Shown here piece after piece: positions 29,492 through 39,045 of a stretch of 64,000 nt of DNA. The stretch is from Candidatus Heimdallarchaeota archaeon. GTDB lineage: Archaea; Asgardarchaeota; Heimdallarchaeia; Hodarchaeales; Hodarchaeaceae. The notes under the pieces are model-generated. The model had not been told where the DNA came from. It made no database searches and was given only the letters and a program-made list of their open reading frames with translations. The stretch spans positions 2,514,055 to 2,578,054 of the forward strand of contig CP070695.1 of assembly GCA_020353515.1 (NCBI GenBank), written 5' to 3'. A program made the translations under genes and the position numbers. Each line of letters starts with the position of its first letter. Positions within the stretch are counted from its first letter, which is position 1.

Positions 29492-30435
29492 TCTCTTAAC
29501 CTCCGACCAGTCAAATGTAAGAATACATCTTCCAAAGTAGTCTGTCGTAAGCTTATACTTTCAAGTTCAGTAACATCATTAATCACTTCTTCTTGTAAGA
29601 TTTTGATGAAATTAATAATTCCCCCATTAAAATATATGTTCACTTTTTTCTCACCTTCAATGAATACTTGTTTTAGAAAATCTAGAAGCTCAACTGATTT
29701 TTTGAATTCATGAGCTTTTTCTTCATGCACAAAAACGACTTCTAGAATGTTTTCATCACTATATTTCTCTTTCAATGATTTTGGGGCACCTTTAGCAATG
29801 ATCTTCCCATTATCAATTATCAATACACGATCACTAAGCATCTCAGCTTCATTCATATCATGAGTGGTTAAAATAATCGTTTTACCGTCTTTTTTCAGCT
29901 CTTTAATATAATCCCAGACAACATGTTTAGCCTGGGGATCTAATCCTGCTGTAGGTTCATCAAGGAATAATATATCGGGCTGCATAACAAAGGCAATCGC
30001 AATGTTAAGACGACGTTTCATCCCACCTGAAAAATTTTTTGTTTTATCCTTTCGATTGCCCAAACCTAGCTTCTCTAGGATTTGGTCTGCCTTTAAGTTT
30101 AACTCCTTCTTGGAAAAACCATGCATCATACCAAAAAAAACTAGGTTTTCTTTGGCGGTCAGTTCCTCATAATATACATAATCTTGAGGAACTGTACCAA
30201 TTATCGATTTAATTGTTAAATCTTTGAGAACATCTTTTCCATTAATTAAGGCTACCCCTTCATCAGGTTTAAGAATAGTAGTTAAGATCTTAATGAGTGT
30301 TGTTTTTCCCGCACCATTCGGACCTAAAATACTCACTAGTTCGCCTTTATTAACAGTAATTTCCAGATGATCTACAACAACGTTATCACCATAGATTTTA
30401 GTTAAATTGCTTGTTTCAATAGCTAGATCCATCAT
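29488..30435 (-). CDS. ABC exporter ATP-binding protein (DrrA-like)
   Basis: GPNGAGKT, FSGGMKRR, LDEPTAGLDP, TLEDVFLHLTG. Confidence 0.95.
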   Translation of the reverse strand: MMDLAIETSNLTKIYGDNVVVDHLEITVNKGELVSILGPNGAGKTTLIKILTTILKPDEGVALINGKDVLKDLTIKSIIGTVPQDYVYYEELTAKENLVFFGMMHGFSKKELNLKADQILEKLGLGNRKDKTKNFSGGMKRRLNIAIAFVMQPDILFLDEPTAGLDPQAKHVVWDYIKELKKDGKTIILTTHDMNEAEMLSDRVLIIDNGKIIAKGAPKSLKEKYSDENILEVVFVHEEKAHEFKKSVELLDFLKQVFIEGEKKVNIYFNGGIINFIKILQEEVINDVTELESISLRQTTLEDVFLHLTGRRLRE

Positions 30436-30503
30436 TTTTTACACTTCTTTGAGTATGATAGTCAATCTTACTCAAAATTCCCATCTTAATAAATCCGGAA
30501 GAG

Positions 30504-30543
30504 ACTTTGTTCCGAAAAGTACAAAGATTTTGAAATTCGAAGA
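30504..30543. promoter_or_regulatory. two imperfect ACTTTG-N5-CAAAGT boxes upstream of ABC operon 1
   Basis: ACTTTG-TTCCG-AAAAGT (30504-30520) and ATTTTG-AAATT-CGAAGA (30527-30543). Confidence 0.55.
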
Positions 30544-30710
30544 TGAGAACTCATTTTTTTTGTGTGTGAAAAAAAAAAAGGTGATAGGTTCAATTCTATG
30601 GTCTTGAATGTTTAAATAGGAAATGTTTGAATGATATTTCATCCCAAGTAAATGTTAGATAGATAGATTATAGATGAATGACTCATTTTTCAAGTTGTTT
30701 ATCTATTGAA

Positions 30711-30938
30711 TTATGTTAATTTTGATAGATCTCGTTTGAGATTTCCACTGGCCAATAAATACCCAAGTAAAGAAAATAAGGGGCCTAAAGGCATAATATT
30801 TACATATATAGTTGTTATTCCTATTTTTAATGAGATAGGTGAATCCCAGAAGAAAATTAGCCATCCTATCCCCAATAAAATAAAAAAAACCCCGATTCTC
30901 TTATAAATCCATTCCTGCTGATTCTCTGAAAGATTCAT
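30711..30938 (-). CDS. small 2-TM hypothetical protein
   Basis: 75 aa, ATG start, two hydrophobic segments. Confidence 0.5.
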   Translation of the reverse strand: MNLSENQQEWIYKRIGVFFILLGIGWLIFFWDSPISLKIGITTIYVNIMPLGPLFSLLGYLLASGNLKRDLSKLT

Positions 30939-31096
30939 AATTATCGCACAATTTCGTTAATTAATTGTTATAGATTCTTTTTCTTCTTATAAAGTTAGCT
31001 ATCATAACTATTCGGCTGTACTCGGTGGGGTGTGTATTTTCTTCAGATATAAATAATCAATATTCTTTCTCACTTCCTCACAGGGTTTGAGTCTTA

Positions 31097-31963
31097 TTAC
31101 TGAAAGAAAAAATCCCTTGCTACCTTGTGGATATGATGATAGATTTCCTCTGTTGGTTCGTGTAAACTATCAATTGTCTCAGTATAGATTAAATTGGGGA
31201 ATATTTCTTTTGCGCGAGGAATTACTCGCGAAGCAGGAAATAGAATGTCTTTGGCTGCTGCTACAATTATAGTAGGAGCCTTTAAATCATCTAATTCACC
31301 GTCATTAGCAGGACGAGGCATTTTTGGGTTGATTTTCACATGTTTGAAGATTGCTTGAAGCATTTCTAATCTTTCTTCATCAAATCTCGTCATCAAAGTG
31401 CTAGATAATTTCATCATATTCTGATCTGTTGGTCGTAGCCTGTATTTGAGATAAGGAAGCATCAATTTTAGTTTGTCTTTAAGTGATCCGTTAGCAATTC
31501 CAGAGGGAATAAATAATGACAGTTTATTTACTCTTTTTGGAGCTACAGTTGCTAAACGAATAGCGATACCCGCTCCAAAGGAGCCAGAATAAATATTGAT
31601 TGTTTCAAACTGTAATGCATCAATCACATCTAGTAACCAATAACCATAACTCAAATCATCAGAAGAAAGTTGAGTTTCATCACTCTTTCCTGGATGGCCA
31701 ATAGTGTCTACAATAAACGCATTAAATCTTTCTAAGAGGGGTAAATCACTCTTCAACATATCAGGAGTAAAAGAATTTCCTCCATGTAAACACATTAACG
31801 GAGTGGCGTCTTTATTACCGAGATTAACAATATGTGTCCTCCCAAATCGGGTTTGAACATAAATATCTTCAAATTCAGTGTTTAAAGCCCTCATGTGCCT
31901 GTCATAGATCTTTAATAAATAGGTTTTACCTTCAGGAGAGCGATATATAGACTTCTGAGTCAT
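31097..31963 (-). CDS. alpha/beta hydrolase
   Basis: LHGGN, DTIGHPGKS, GSFGA nucleophile, C-terminal Asp and His. Confidence 0.88.
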   Translation of the reverse strand: MTQKSIYRSPEGKTYLLKIYDRHMRALNTEFEDIYVQTRFGRTHIVNLGNKDATPLMCLHGGNSFTPDMLKSDLPLLERFNAFIVDTIGHPGKSDETQLSSDDLSYGYWLLDVIDALQFETINIYSGSFGAGIAIRLATVAPKRVNKLSLFIPSGIANGSLKDKLKLMLPYLKYRLRPTDQNMMKLSSTLMTRFDEERLEMLQAIFKHVKINPKMPRPANDGELDDLKAPTIIVAAAKDILFPASRVIPRAKEIFPNLIYTETIDSLHEPTEEIYHHIHKVARDFFFQ

Positions 31964-32421
31964 AAAATCACTTATTAGGAATTTCAGGACTCTCTACTAA
32001 GAGAGTGGTTTGGATTAATTTGAAAATTTCGTCAATTAAGTATTCCTGTAGTGGTAATGGCCAAAAAAAAGATCCACAATTAGAATAATCCTACATTAGA
32101 ATCACTGATATCTTTAAAATCTTTTTCATGGAACGTGATTGAGTGTATAGATGCCGTCATATTGGAGTAAATTACTACTTATTGATCTAACACCTAGATG
32201 ATCATCACATACACAGAAAGATGTGTTTTCTTTATTTTTAATAGTATGTCTCTCTTTTCCCTCACTCTTCTTTTGTTGGTTAATCTTGACCATCAAGAGG
32301 GGGTCACTGATTTTTGATTGAACCCACCATAAATAGGCGAATTGGTGATTCTATTAGATTAGAAATAGTTTTAATAGTGTTACTTCAACTTTATGCCGTT
32401 ATTTAACTATAGCCTTGCTGC

Positions 32422-32715
32422 TTAGCTAGTAAAAAAGATAAGAATCGTCAAAAGACTGATTAATCCAATTCCCACAGATCCAATAATTACGAAATTGTGT
32501 GGGGAAAAAAATAATGAGGTATTATCTGACTCTTCTTGTTTGTAGGATGATTCAATGACACCAGTTATTACCCAACACAATACGGAGAAAATAAATCCAG
32601 TCTTAAAAAGATTAAAAGAAATCCCGATTATTAAAGAAGAAAAACTTATCACCCAGAAAAAAATGATAACTTTTCTCTTTTGATTCGTTCGTAATGTTTT
32701 GATTGATTGTTCCAT
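32422..32715 (-). CDS. small membrane protein
   Basis: 3 TM; GGTGA SD. Confidence 0.6.
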   Translation of the reverse strand: MEQSIKTLRTNQKRKVIIFFWVISFSSLIIGISFNLFKTGFIFSVLCWVITGVIESSYKQEESDNTSLFFSPHNFVIIGSVGIGLISLLTILIFFTS

Positions 32716-32769
32716 TTACTTCACCATTCTTCCAGTGAAAAAGGAAAGGGGGAAAAGAGGTTAGTCGAA

Positions 32770-33549
32770 CTACAACTCTTCACGATTAAAACGCCATAAA
32801 GCTATTGCTGTGAATAAGATACTACCTAGAATTGTGATAAAGAACGGAATCAAAGATCCTACTGGCTCTCCTAGCGCAACAGCACCAAAGAAAGAAACAT
32901 CTGCATTTCCTGAAGGAAAGAACATAGACATTGGATGAAACTCTGAAATAAGAGGCAGACTATAAAATAATGAGTATCCAGGACCAAGTAACATTGGAAT
33001 TCCAATGACTCCTCCTCTAGAATCAAAGAGAGTTCCTAGCATCAATGTTAAAGTCAGAAAGAAGATTAAGTTGAGAGCAAGAAGTGCGATAGCCGCAAAG
33101 AAAGGGCCAGGGGGTAAAAGTACTCCTCTTAATGCATAAATTGTTCCATATACTACAATTCCTGGAACTATAGCTAGACTTACAGCGATACCTACAACAT
33201 TGCCTATTAATTTTGATAGAATGTATGCAGGACGAGAAACAGGTTTGGAAAGGATCCATGCGGCGGTTCCAGTTTCTTTTTCTCCAATAATAACATCCTG
33301 TAAAACTATGACGACATTGATTACTGGGAACATTCCAGCTAGTAATCCTAATATCATGAGGGCTGATGCTACGTCATCAGTTCCAGATAGCACCCCTAAC
33401 AACGAACCATTAATAATAGCCACCCAAATGGCCATCATAATGTACCAATCTTTTGTCCCCCACCGACCAAATTCAGCTGACAATAGGTTGCTTAATCCAG
33501 TTCTCCAACCTTGAACATTTCTTAAATTAAATTCTGAGTTTAATACCAT
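32770..33549 (-). CDS. ABC-2 type permease
   Basis: GEKETGTAAWILSKPVSR. Confidence 0.88.
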   Translation of the reverse strand: MVLNSEFNLRNVQGWRTGLSNLLSAEFGRWGTKDWYIMMAIWVAIINGSLLGVLSGTDDVASALMILGLLAGMFPVINVVIVLQDVIIGEKETGTAAWILSKPVSRPAYILSKLIGNVVGIAVSLAIVPGIVVYGTIYALRGVLLPPGPFFAAIALLALNLIFFLTLTLMLGTLFDSRGGVIGIPMLLGPGYSLFYSLPLISEFHPMSMFFPSGNADVSFFGAVALGEPVGSLIPFFITILGSILFTAIALWRFNREEL

Positions 33550-33553
33550 TTGT

Positions 33554-34513
33554 TTAACCTTCCACTAAATTTAGAAAAACATCTTCTAACTCGAAGCTCT
33601 TCTGTTGAAATTCAATGACTCTTAATTGTTCATCCTTAAGCAGTAATCTGAGTAAGTGTTGTTCAGCAAGAGTTGAATCATTCACTCCAACTTGCCAAGT
33701 TGTAAAGCCATTCTTCTCAAGAATATTGATGTCTGTGATCCAAGTTTTTCCAGAAATGTAGTCATAAGCATTAGTAGTGTCACCTTTGATCTTAATATTG
33801 TAGATTAACCCTTCACTTCCAGCTAAAAGCTCTTCAATAGATCCTTGGGCAACTAATTCCCCTTTATTAAGAATAGCAACACTATCACTAACTTTCTGCA
33901 CATCGTCGAGAATGTGAGTGCTATAGAAAATGGTGGTATATTTTCGGAGTCGTTCCATTACTTCAAGTACATCACGACGACCAATAGGATCAAGTGAAGC
34001 AGCTGGTTCGTCTAAGATTAGCAAATCAGGATAATTAATCTGAGCTTGAGCAATCCCCAATCGTTGGACTTCTCCACCAGAAAAACCAGCAATTGGTCTA
34101 TCAGCTTTCTCCGATAGACTTACCAGGTCAAGCATTTCTTGAACTCGATCTTCAATTAGTTGTTTGGGCCCTTTAAAGTAGAAATAAGCAGCAAAGCGTA
34201 GCAACTCGCGTGCAGTCAAATGTTCGAGTGTTTTAATGTCGAGATCTTGTGGTAAGTAACCAATACGAGCTCGAATGTTGATATTATCTTGTACAATATC
34301 ATGACCAAAGATAGTACCACTACCATTTGTAGGTCTGATAAGTCCAAGCAATAATTTCATCGTAGTGGTTTTACCCGCACCGTTTGGACCAAGAAATCCA
34401 AAAATTGAGTTTTTTCGTACCTTAAGATCTAATGGTTTCAGGGCTTGGACACCGTTGAAGGTTTTACTAAGCCCGTTTGTTTCAATAATTACTGACATGT
34501 ATTTCATTTCCAT
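33554..34513 (-). CDS. ABC transporter ATP-binding protein
   Basis: GPNGAGKT, FSGGE, LDEPAASLDP, LEDVF. Confidence 0.95.
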   Translation of the reverse strand: MEMKYMSVIIETNGLSKTFNGVQALKPLDLKVRKNSIFGFLGPNGAGKTTTMKLLLGLIRPTNGSGTIFGHDIVQDNINIRARIGYLPQDLDIKTLEHLTARELLRFAAYFYFKGPKQLIEDRVQEMLDLVSLSEKADRPIAGFSGGEVQRLGIAQAQINYPDLLILDEPAASLDPIGRRDVLEVMERLRKYTTIFYSTHILDDVQKVSDSVAILNKGELVAQGSIEELLAGSEGLIYNIKIKGDTTNAYDYISGKTWITDINILEKNGFTTWQVGVNDSTLAEQHLLRLLLKDEQLRVIEFQQKSFELEDVFLNLVEG

Positions 34514-34602
34514 TTTTCATTTCGTTTTTTTTAGTTGTTTAATCTGATTAGTACTAATTTCTCCCTCCTTAAAAGATGGATATTCTAGCCGTTACGCCAA
34601 GA

Positions 34603-34636
34603 AGTTTGAATTTCAAGCCACTTTGTGGTTCAAAGT
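34603..34636. promoter_or_regulatory. tandem ACTTTG-N5-CAAAGT boxes in a divergent promoter
   Basis: Perfect ACTTTG-TGGTT-CAAAGT at 34620-34636; imperfect AGTTTG-AATTT-CAAGCC at 34603-34619; TTATATAA just downstream. Confidence 0.6.
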
Positions 34637-34664
34637 TTATTGTCCTTATATAAGTAAATAGAGA

Positions 34665-35348
34665 ATGTGTCTAACTATGGAAGATAGTACAATTTCCTCT
34701 GCAGAAATCAAACAGTTACTCTATTATATGAATCGTGTAAAATCTTTTGAAAAAACATTTATGATTCAAAAGGATAGTATGGAACGTCTAATCTGGGGAC
34801 TCCTTTTGATAGGTGCAGGGATTTTAGATGGTGTGTTTTCAAGCTTACGATTCTTTGGACTAGCAAGCATCACTCCATGGTTACTAGCGATGGTTTCAGG
34901 GCTGATAATCCAAGGCTTTTCTGATCGTCATCTCATTAACATTTATAGTCGAAAAACTCAGGAAAAGGAAGATGAAGGTAATAACCTTTTCTTAATTGGT
35001 AGTTTCATAATAATGGGAGCAGCCATAGGTTTTTTCAACTTCACTGAATTACACTATCTTACTTTCCCAACAGTCGCCCTTATCAGTGGATTTACAGCCT
35101 TAGTGGTAGATAAGAAATACTACTTGAAAAATGAGGAAATTTTGTCTAAAATGACTTATCTCGTGACTCCAATCGTATCATTTACTGCAGCAATAGTCAT
35201 GCTACTCGGGACTCTTATTGATCCTACATCTTTTGTCTATGGAGGCATAATATTCGGTTTTACTTTTGGGACTAGCTTTAGTCTTGTTGCTTTTTGGAAT
35301 CGAAGGCAAGTTGACATTTATATTGAGAAGATAGATATTCCTGAATAA
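34665..35348 (+). CDS. 6-TM membrane protein
   Basis: Hydrophobic profile; precedes the wHTH gene. Confidence 0.75.
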   Translation: MCLTMEDSTISSAEIKQLLYYMNRVKSFEKTFMIQKDSMERLIWGLLLIGAGILDGVFSSLRFFGLASITPWLLAMVSGLIIQGFSDRHLINIYSRKTQEKEDEGNNLFLIGSFIIMGAAIGFFNFTELHYLTFPTVALISGFTALVVDKKYYLKNEEILSKMTYLVTPIVSFTAAIVMLLGTLIDPTSFVYGGIIFGFTFGTSFSLVAFWNRRQVDIYIEKIDIPE

Positions 35349-35449
35349 ACTATCATCTATTAACTAGTTATCCTAACTTCTTGGATGGTGGATTGTAGGG
35401 ATTTGCCTTTAGCGTCCAAAAACATAAAAATAAAAGTTTTCTAAACTTC

Positions 35450-35809
35450 ATGATCCTGTTGAATGCTGCAGATCCCCAGAAGGATGATATTCAAACCGTG
35501 TTGGACTTAGATGTAGATCTCCACAATCCCACACGGCTTTCTATTCTTATGTTTCTCTTACCACGGGGTAGAGCCCCTTTCACAATTATACAAAAGGCAC
35601 TAGGATTAACAAGTGGGAATCTGTCATCTCACATTAAGAAACTTCAAAACAAAGGATATATTGAGGTTAAAAAGAAGTTTATTGACCTTAAGCCCACAAC
35701 AGTCCTGTATTTAAGCATGGAGGGAAGGAAATCTATGGTTGAATATGCCTCCAATCTTTCTTCGGTCTTACAAAATATGCTTGTAGACGAAGGAAGAACT
35801 GACATGTAG
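35450..35809 (+). CDS. winged-helix transcriptional regulator (HTH_34/ArsR-like)
   Basis: HNPTRLSIL, LTSGNLSSHIKKL, GYIEVKKKF. Confidence 0.9.
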   Translation: MILLNAADPQKDDIQTVLDLDVDLHNPTRLSILMFLLPRGRAPFTIIQKALGLTSGNLSSHIKKLQNKGYIEVKKKFIDLKPTTVLYLSMEGRKSMVEYASNLSSVLQNMLVDEGRTDM

Positions 35810-35829
35810 AAATAGTTTTTAAGTTGGAT

Positions 35830-36297
35830 TCAGGCTGAATCAAGGCTTCTTAACCATTTTCGTAATCGTACCCACCGAAAACTAACTCTAGTAATAATAA
35901 AAGGGAAATAGAAAAGGGTAAGAACAACAATGAGATCAATATTAATTTCACCAACAAATACATATCCATTATAGCACAATAAGATATAGGGAATATAGAA
36001 AATCAATCTTATAATTTGATATAGTGTAGGACTGCCAAGATAAGCAGGATGACCTTGATATTCTGTGGGGAGAAGAAAATACCCATGACCTTCAAGAAAC
36101 ATTGCCAATCCGAACAATATTCCACTAATTAGAGTCGTAAAGAAGAATTCAAAAGAATTGGTCTCTACTAATGAGGTACTAAGTAACAATATTACTCCTA
36201 CTATAAGACACAATAATCCAGAAGCGATGAGAAGGGTTTGAAATCGAGTTCTCTTCACTTCAGTATTTTCTTGTTCATTTTCTAACTCTATGACCAA
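35830..36297 (-). CDS. 4-TM membrane protein, tandem paralog A
   Basis: GHGYFLLPTE and YLGSP motifs shared with the neighbour. Confidence 0.75.
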   Translation of the reverse strand: MVIELENEQENTEVKRTRFQTLLIASGLLCLIVGVILLLSTSLVETNSFEFFFTTLISGILFGLAMFLEGHGYFLLPTEYQGHPAYLGSPTLYQIIRLIFYIPYILLCYNGYVFVGEINIDLIVVLTLFYFPFIITRVSFRWVRLRKWLRSLDSA

Positions 36298-36327
36298 TGA
36301 TATTACATCCCAATAAGGAATCCAATG

Positions 36328-36801
36328 TTAAGGTTCCCATTTACATGTTTTCCAAATCCAACGTCGTAACTGTGACCACTCAGAGGTAGTTCTACTAATA
36401 ACATAGGGGAGAAAAAGGATGGTCATTACGACAAAGAAATCATAATCAAGATTGAGTCCATTAACAATAATTAAGCCATTATAGGCGATTAGAAAGAATA
36501 GAATGTGGTCAAGGACTATTACAACTTGAAATAATACAGGGCTACCGAAATACGTAGGCCGATCTCTTTCTTCTGTGGGGAGAAGATGATACCCATGGCC
36601 TCCAAAGAAAAATGCTAATCCACCAAAAATAGCACTGACCAGAGTAGTCAAGTAAAATTCTAAAGAACCACTCTCTATGAATAAGGTGCCAAATAGCAAA
36701 ATTACTCCTATAACTAAGCACGAAATCCCAATAGCAAAGAGGAGGGTAGGGAGTCGAGCTCTCTTTACATCAGGATCTTCTTTATTTTCCTCTACAACCA
36801 T
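36328..36801 (-). CDS. 4-TM membrane protein, tandem paralog B
   Basis: GHGYHLLPTE, YFGSP. Confidence 0.75.
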   Translation of the reverse strand: MVVEENKEDPDVKRARLPTLLFAIGISCLVIGVILLFGTLFIESGSLEFYLTTLVSAIFGGLAFFFGGHGYHLLPTEERDRPTYFGSPVLFQVVIVLDHILFFLIAYNGLIIVNGLNLDYDFFVVMTILFLPYVISRTTSEWSQLRRWIWKTCKWEP

Positions 36802-36907
36802 TAAAGCATCATCTCATATATGGTGAAAATCAATGAAGGTTGATTATTAAAATCCCTTAGATACCTGCAAGAAATCCTATTACCTATTCAAAAGGAATAA
36901 TTCATAT

Positions 36908-37447
36908 CTATGAAAGCATTAAAACTGGAATAATAAAGTCCATAATACTCTTCTCAGCTTTTCGTAAATGATCCTCGTATGTTTTCCTTTTAATATTCAT
37001 CTCTTCCGCTAATGTTCTTAAGAATACTTGACGGGGAATTTCATAATAACCATTATTTAAAGCCACTGTTAATGCTTCCATCTGTCTTTTCGTAATATTT
37101 TGCTTTAATTTATCTAATGGAAGATAGAGGGGATATGGGGTGTCTAATTTTTTAATGGGCGCCAATTTAAGCACTTTAATTTTTACATCCCGAATTTCGC
37201 TTCTAATGTCCTTGACAATTCGATTTGTACTCTCTGATGTAACTAATAAATTCATAATTAACCGACCATGAAAATATTTCACAGGAGGGAGTTCTAAACA
37301 GTCCTGTCTATCAAGAACTTGAGAAAGAGTCGATTCACCACATCTACAACGCTTAAGAATGAGCTGATTGTTACTAGTTTCAGGATAAATTTCCAGAACA
37401 GCGTCAAGAGAGTTCAGAAGATCTGTTGTGGCATTTTTAAGATAAGT
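36908..37447 (-). CDS. Bat-type (HTH_10) transcriptional regulator; frame is open upstream to the MFS stop codon, start unresolved
   Basis: ITKRQMEAL...GYYEIPR...LAEEMNI...HLRKAE; 55 extra sense codons upstream including CRC and CLELPP. Confidence 0.75.
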   Translation of the reverse strand, partial: TYLKNATTDLLNSLDAVLEIYPETSNNQLILKRCRCGESTLSQVLDRQDCLELPPVKYFHGRLIMNLLVTSESTNRIVKDIRSEIRDVKIKVLKLAPIKKLDTPYPLYLPLDKLKQNITKRQMEALTVALNNGYYEIPRQVFLRTLAEEMNIKRKTYEDHLRKAEKSIMDFIIPVLMLS

Positions 37448-38785
37448 TCATCCCCCTATAACGGTTTCTGAACTTGAAAATTGGGTATTTTCAGCCATTT
37501 TAACAACAGGCCTTAATTTCAAAGAAATAAATAGAATAGACGAACCAGTGATACAAATCCCAAAAGCAAATGCAACTCCAGCAATCAATCCTGAATTTTC
37601 TACCAATTGACCAGCAATAACTAGTAGTGGAATACCAAAAACCGAGATTAATGTGGGAATTAAGGAATAGACTGAATTTCTAACCTCAGAAGGAACCAGA
37701 TCGATAGTTATTCGGTCTCGCAGAATGTAAGCTATTCTTATAACGAAACTGTTGGATATATTCATTATGACTATAGTTGCTATAAATCCAATCAAATTGA
37801 AGCGATTTTGGGGAGGTAAAAGAGAAAACAATATGAGGTAAGCAGGGAAGAAGATAGACAGATGCAGAAATAGGAAGATGGGAAATTGGTCATTTTTAAA
37901 ACGAATACTCCATTTAGCAACATATAATCTCGCAGGGATTTCTAAGAGGAAGATAATTGTTCTAATAATGCTAGTTCCGAAATCAGAGCCAGTATAGCCA
38001 AAATAAAGAGGAAAGAGAATTAAACTACCCCAAATCAACCAAGTAACCTGATAAATTGCTAGACCAATTATGAAGAGAAACGTAGTCTTACTTAACAACA
38101 TGAACTTGACACCCCCTTTTAGATATTGAAAATAGGATGGTTTTTCCTCTTCAGAGATTTTGCCTTTAGGATCAGTATCAGCAAGAATCTTTGAAGTATA
38201 TACAATCAGAAAAGTAGTCAAGGAAAACTGCAGAAAAAAAACCAGCTGACGTGAAAAAACTGTTGCAAGAATTCCTCCTATCATGAATGAAACTGCTAAG
38301 GAAATATTTGTAGCAAGAGCCACCCGGTCTTTGGCAATACCATAGACCTTCCTATCAATGTCCTCATTTTTTGATGTTCTTTTATAATTTGAATCGAACC
38401 ATGCTTCAATTGTCCCCGAAGATTGAGCATTTCCTAATCCGTTGAATATCGCTATCAATATAAAAATTGGAAATGTTCCAGCAATTGATAGTAAAAAAAA
38501 CGCTACACCATAGCATGTATAAGCTAGTGTCATCACCCACTTCTGACCAATGTAGTCGCCTAATGATCCAGAAGGGAAATCACACATAAGCTGAATCAAT
38601 AACATTACTGAAGTGATAATTGCGGCTTGTGTGAATCCAATTTTATCAATTGCATTAAGGATATAGAAGGTGCTAGATAAACTAAATAAAAACGAGTTCA
38701 ACAACTGGATTATTAAGAATTTCATAGTAAGTGATCGTGTTTGTTCAGGTAAGCTCTCAATACTTAAATAGCGGTAAATCACCAT
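37448..38785 (-). CDS. MFS transporter
   Basis: DFPSGSLGDYIGQK, SGTIEAWF; ~12 TM. Confidence 0.88.
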   Translation of the reverse strand: MVIYRYLSIESLPEQTRSLTMKFLIIQLLNSFLFSLSSTFYILNAIDKIGFTQAAIITSVMLLIQLMCDFPSGSLGDYIGQKWVMTLAYTCYGVAFFLLSIAGTFPIFILIAIFNGLGNAQSSGTIEAWFDSNYKRTSKNEDIDRKVYGIAKDRVALATNISLAVSFMIGGILATVFSRQLVFFLQFSLTTFLIVYTSKILADTDPKGKISEEEKPSYFQYLKGGVKFMLLSKTTFLFIIGLAIYQVTWLIWGSLILFPLYFGYTGSDFGTSIIRTIIFLLEIPARLYVAKWSIRFKNDQFPIFLFLHLSIFFPAYLILFSLLPPQNRFNLIGFIATIVIMNISNSFVIRIAYILRDRITIDLVPSEVRNSVYSLIPTLISVFGIPLLVIAGQLVENSGLIAGVAFAFGICITGSSILFISLKLRPVVKMAENTQFSSSETVIGG

Positions 38786-39045
38786 TCTCTCAACACCTAA
38801 AGAAATGGAATTCGTTTGAAAATTTGTTTTCGGAATCTAAACCATTATTAATTCCTTTGTTTCTTGAAATCTAATTACTATAGTCATTTCTCATTTTTTT
38901 TCAAACATATTTTATAATATATCAAACATTCCTCAGCTTTTTTTAAGACTTATGATATTGGTTAAAAATAGTTTCAAACTATACAGAAATTTTATTATTG
39001 AATTCTAGAAGATAAGTCTCGAGATTCAATTTTTGTGGTAAAATC

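Noticed and set aside
37448-37450. TGA as a selenocysteine codon
   Set aside because: Not in a redox motif and no SECIS-like element recognised
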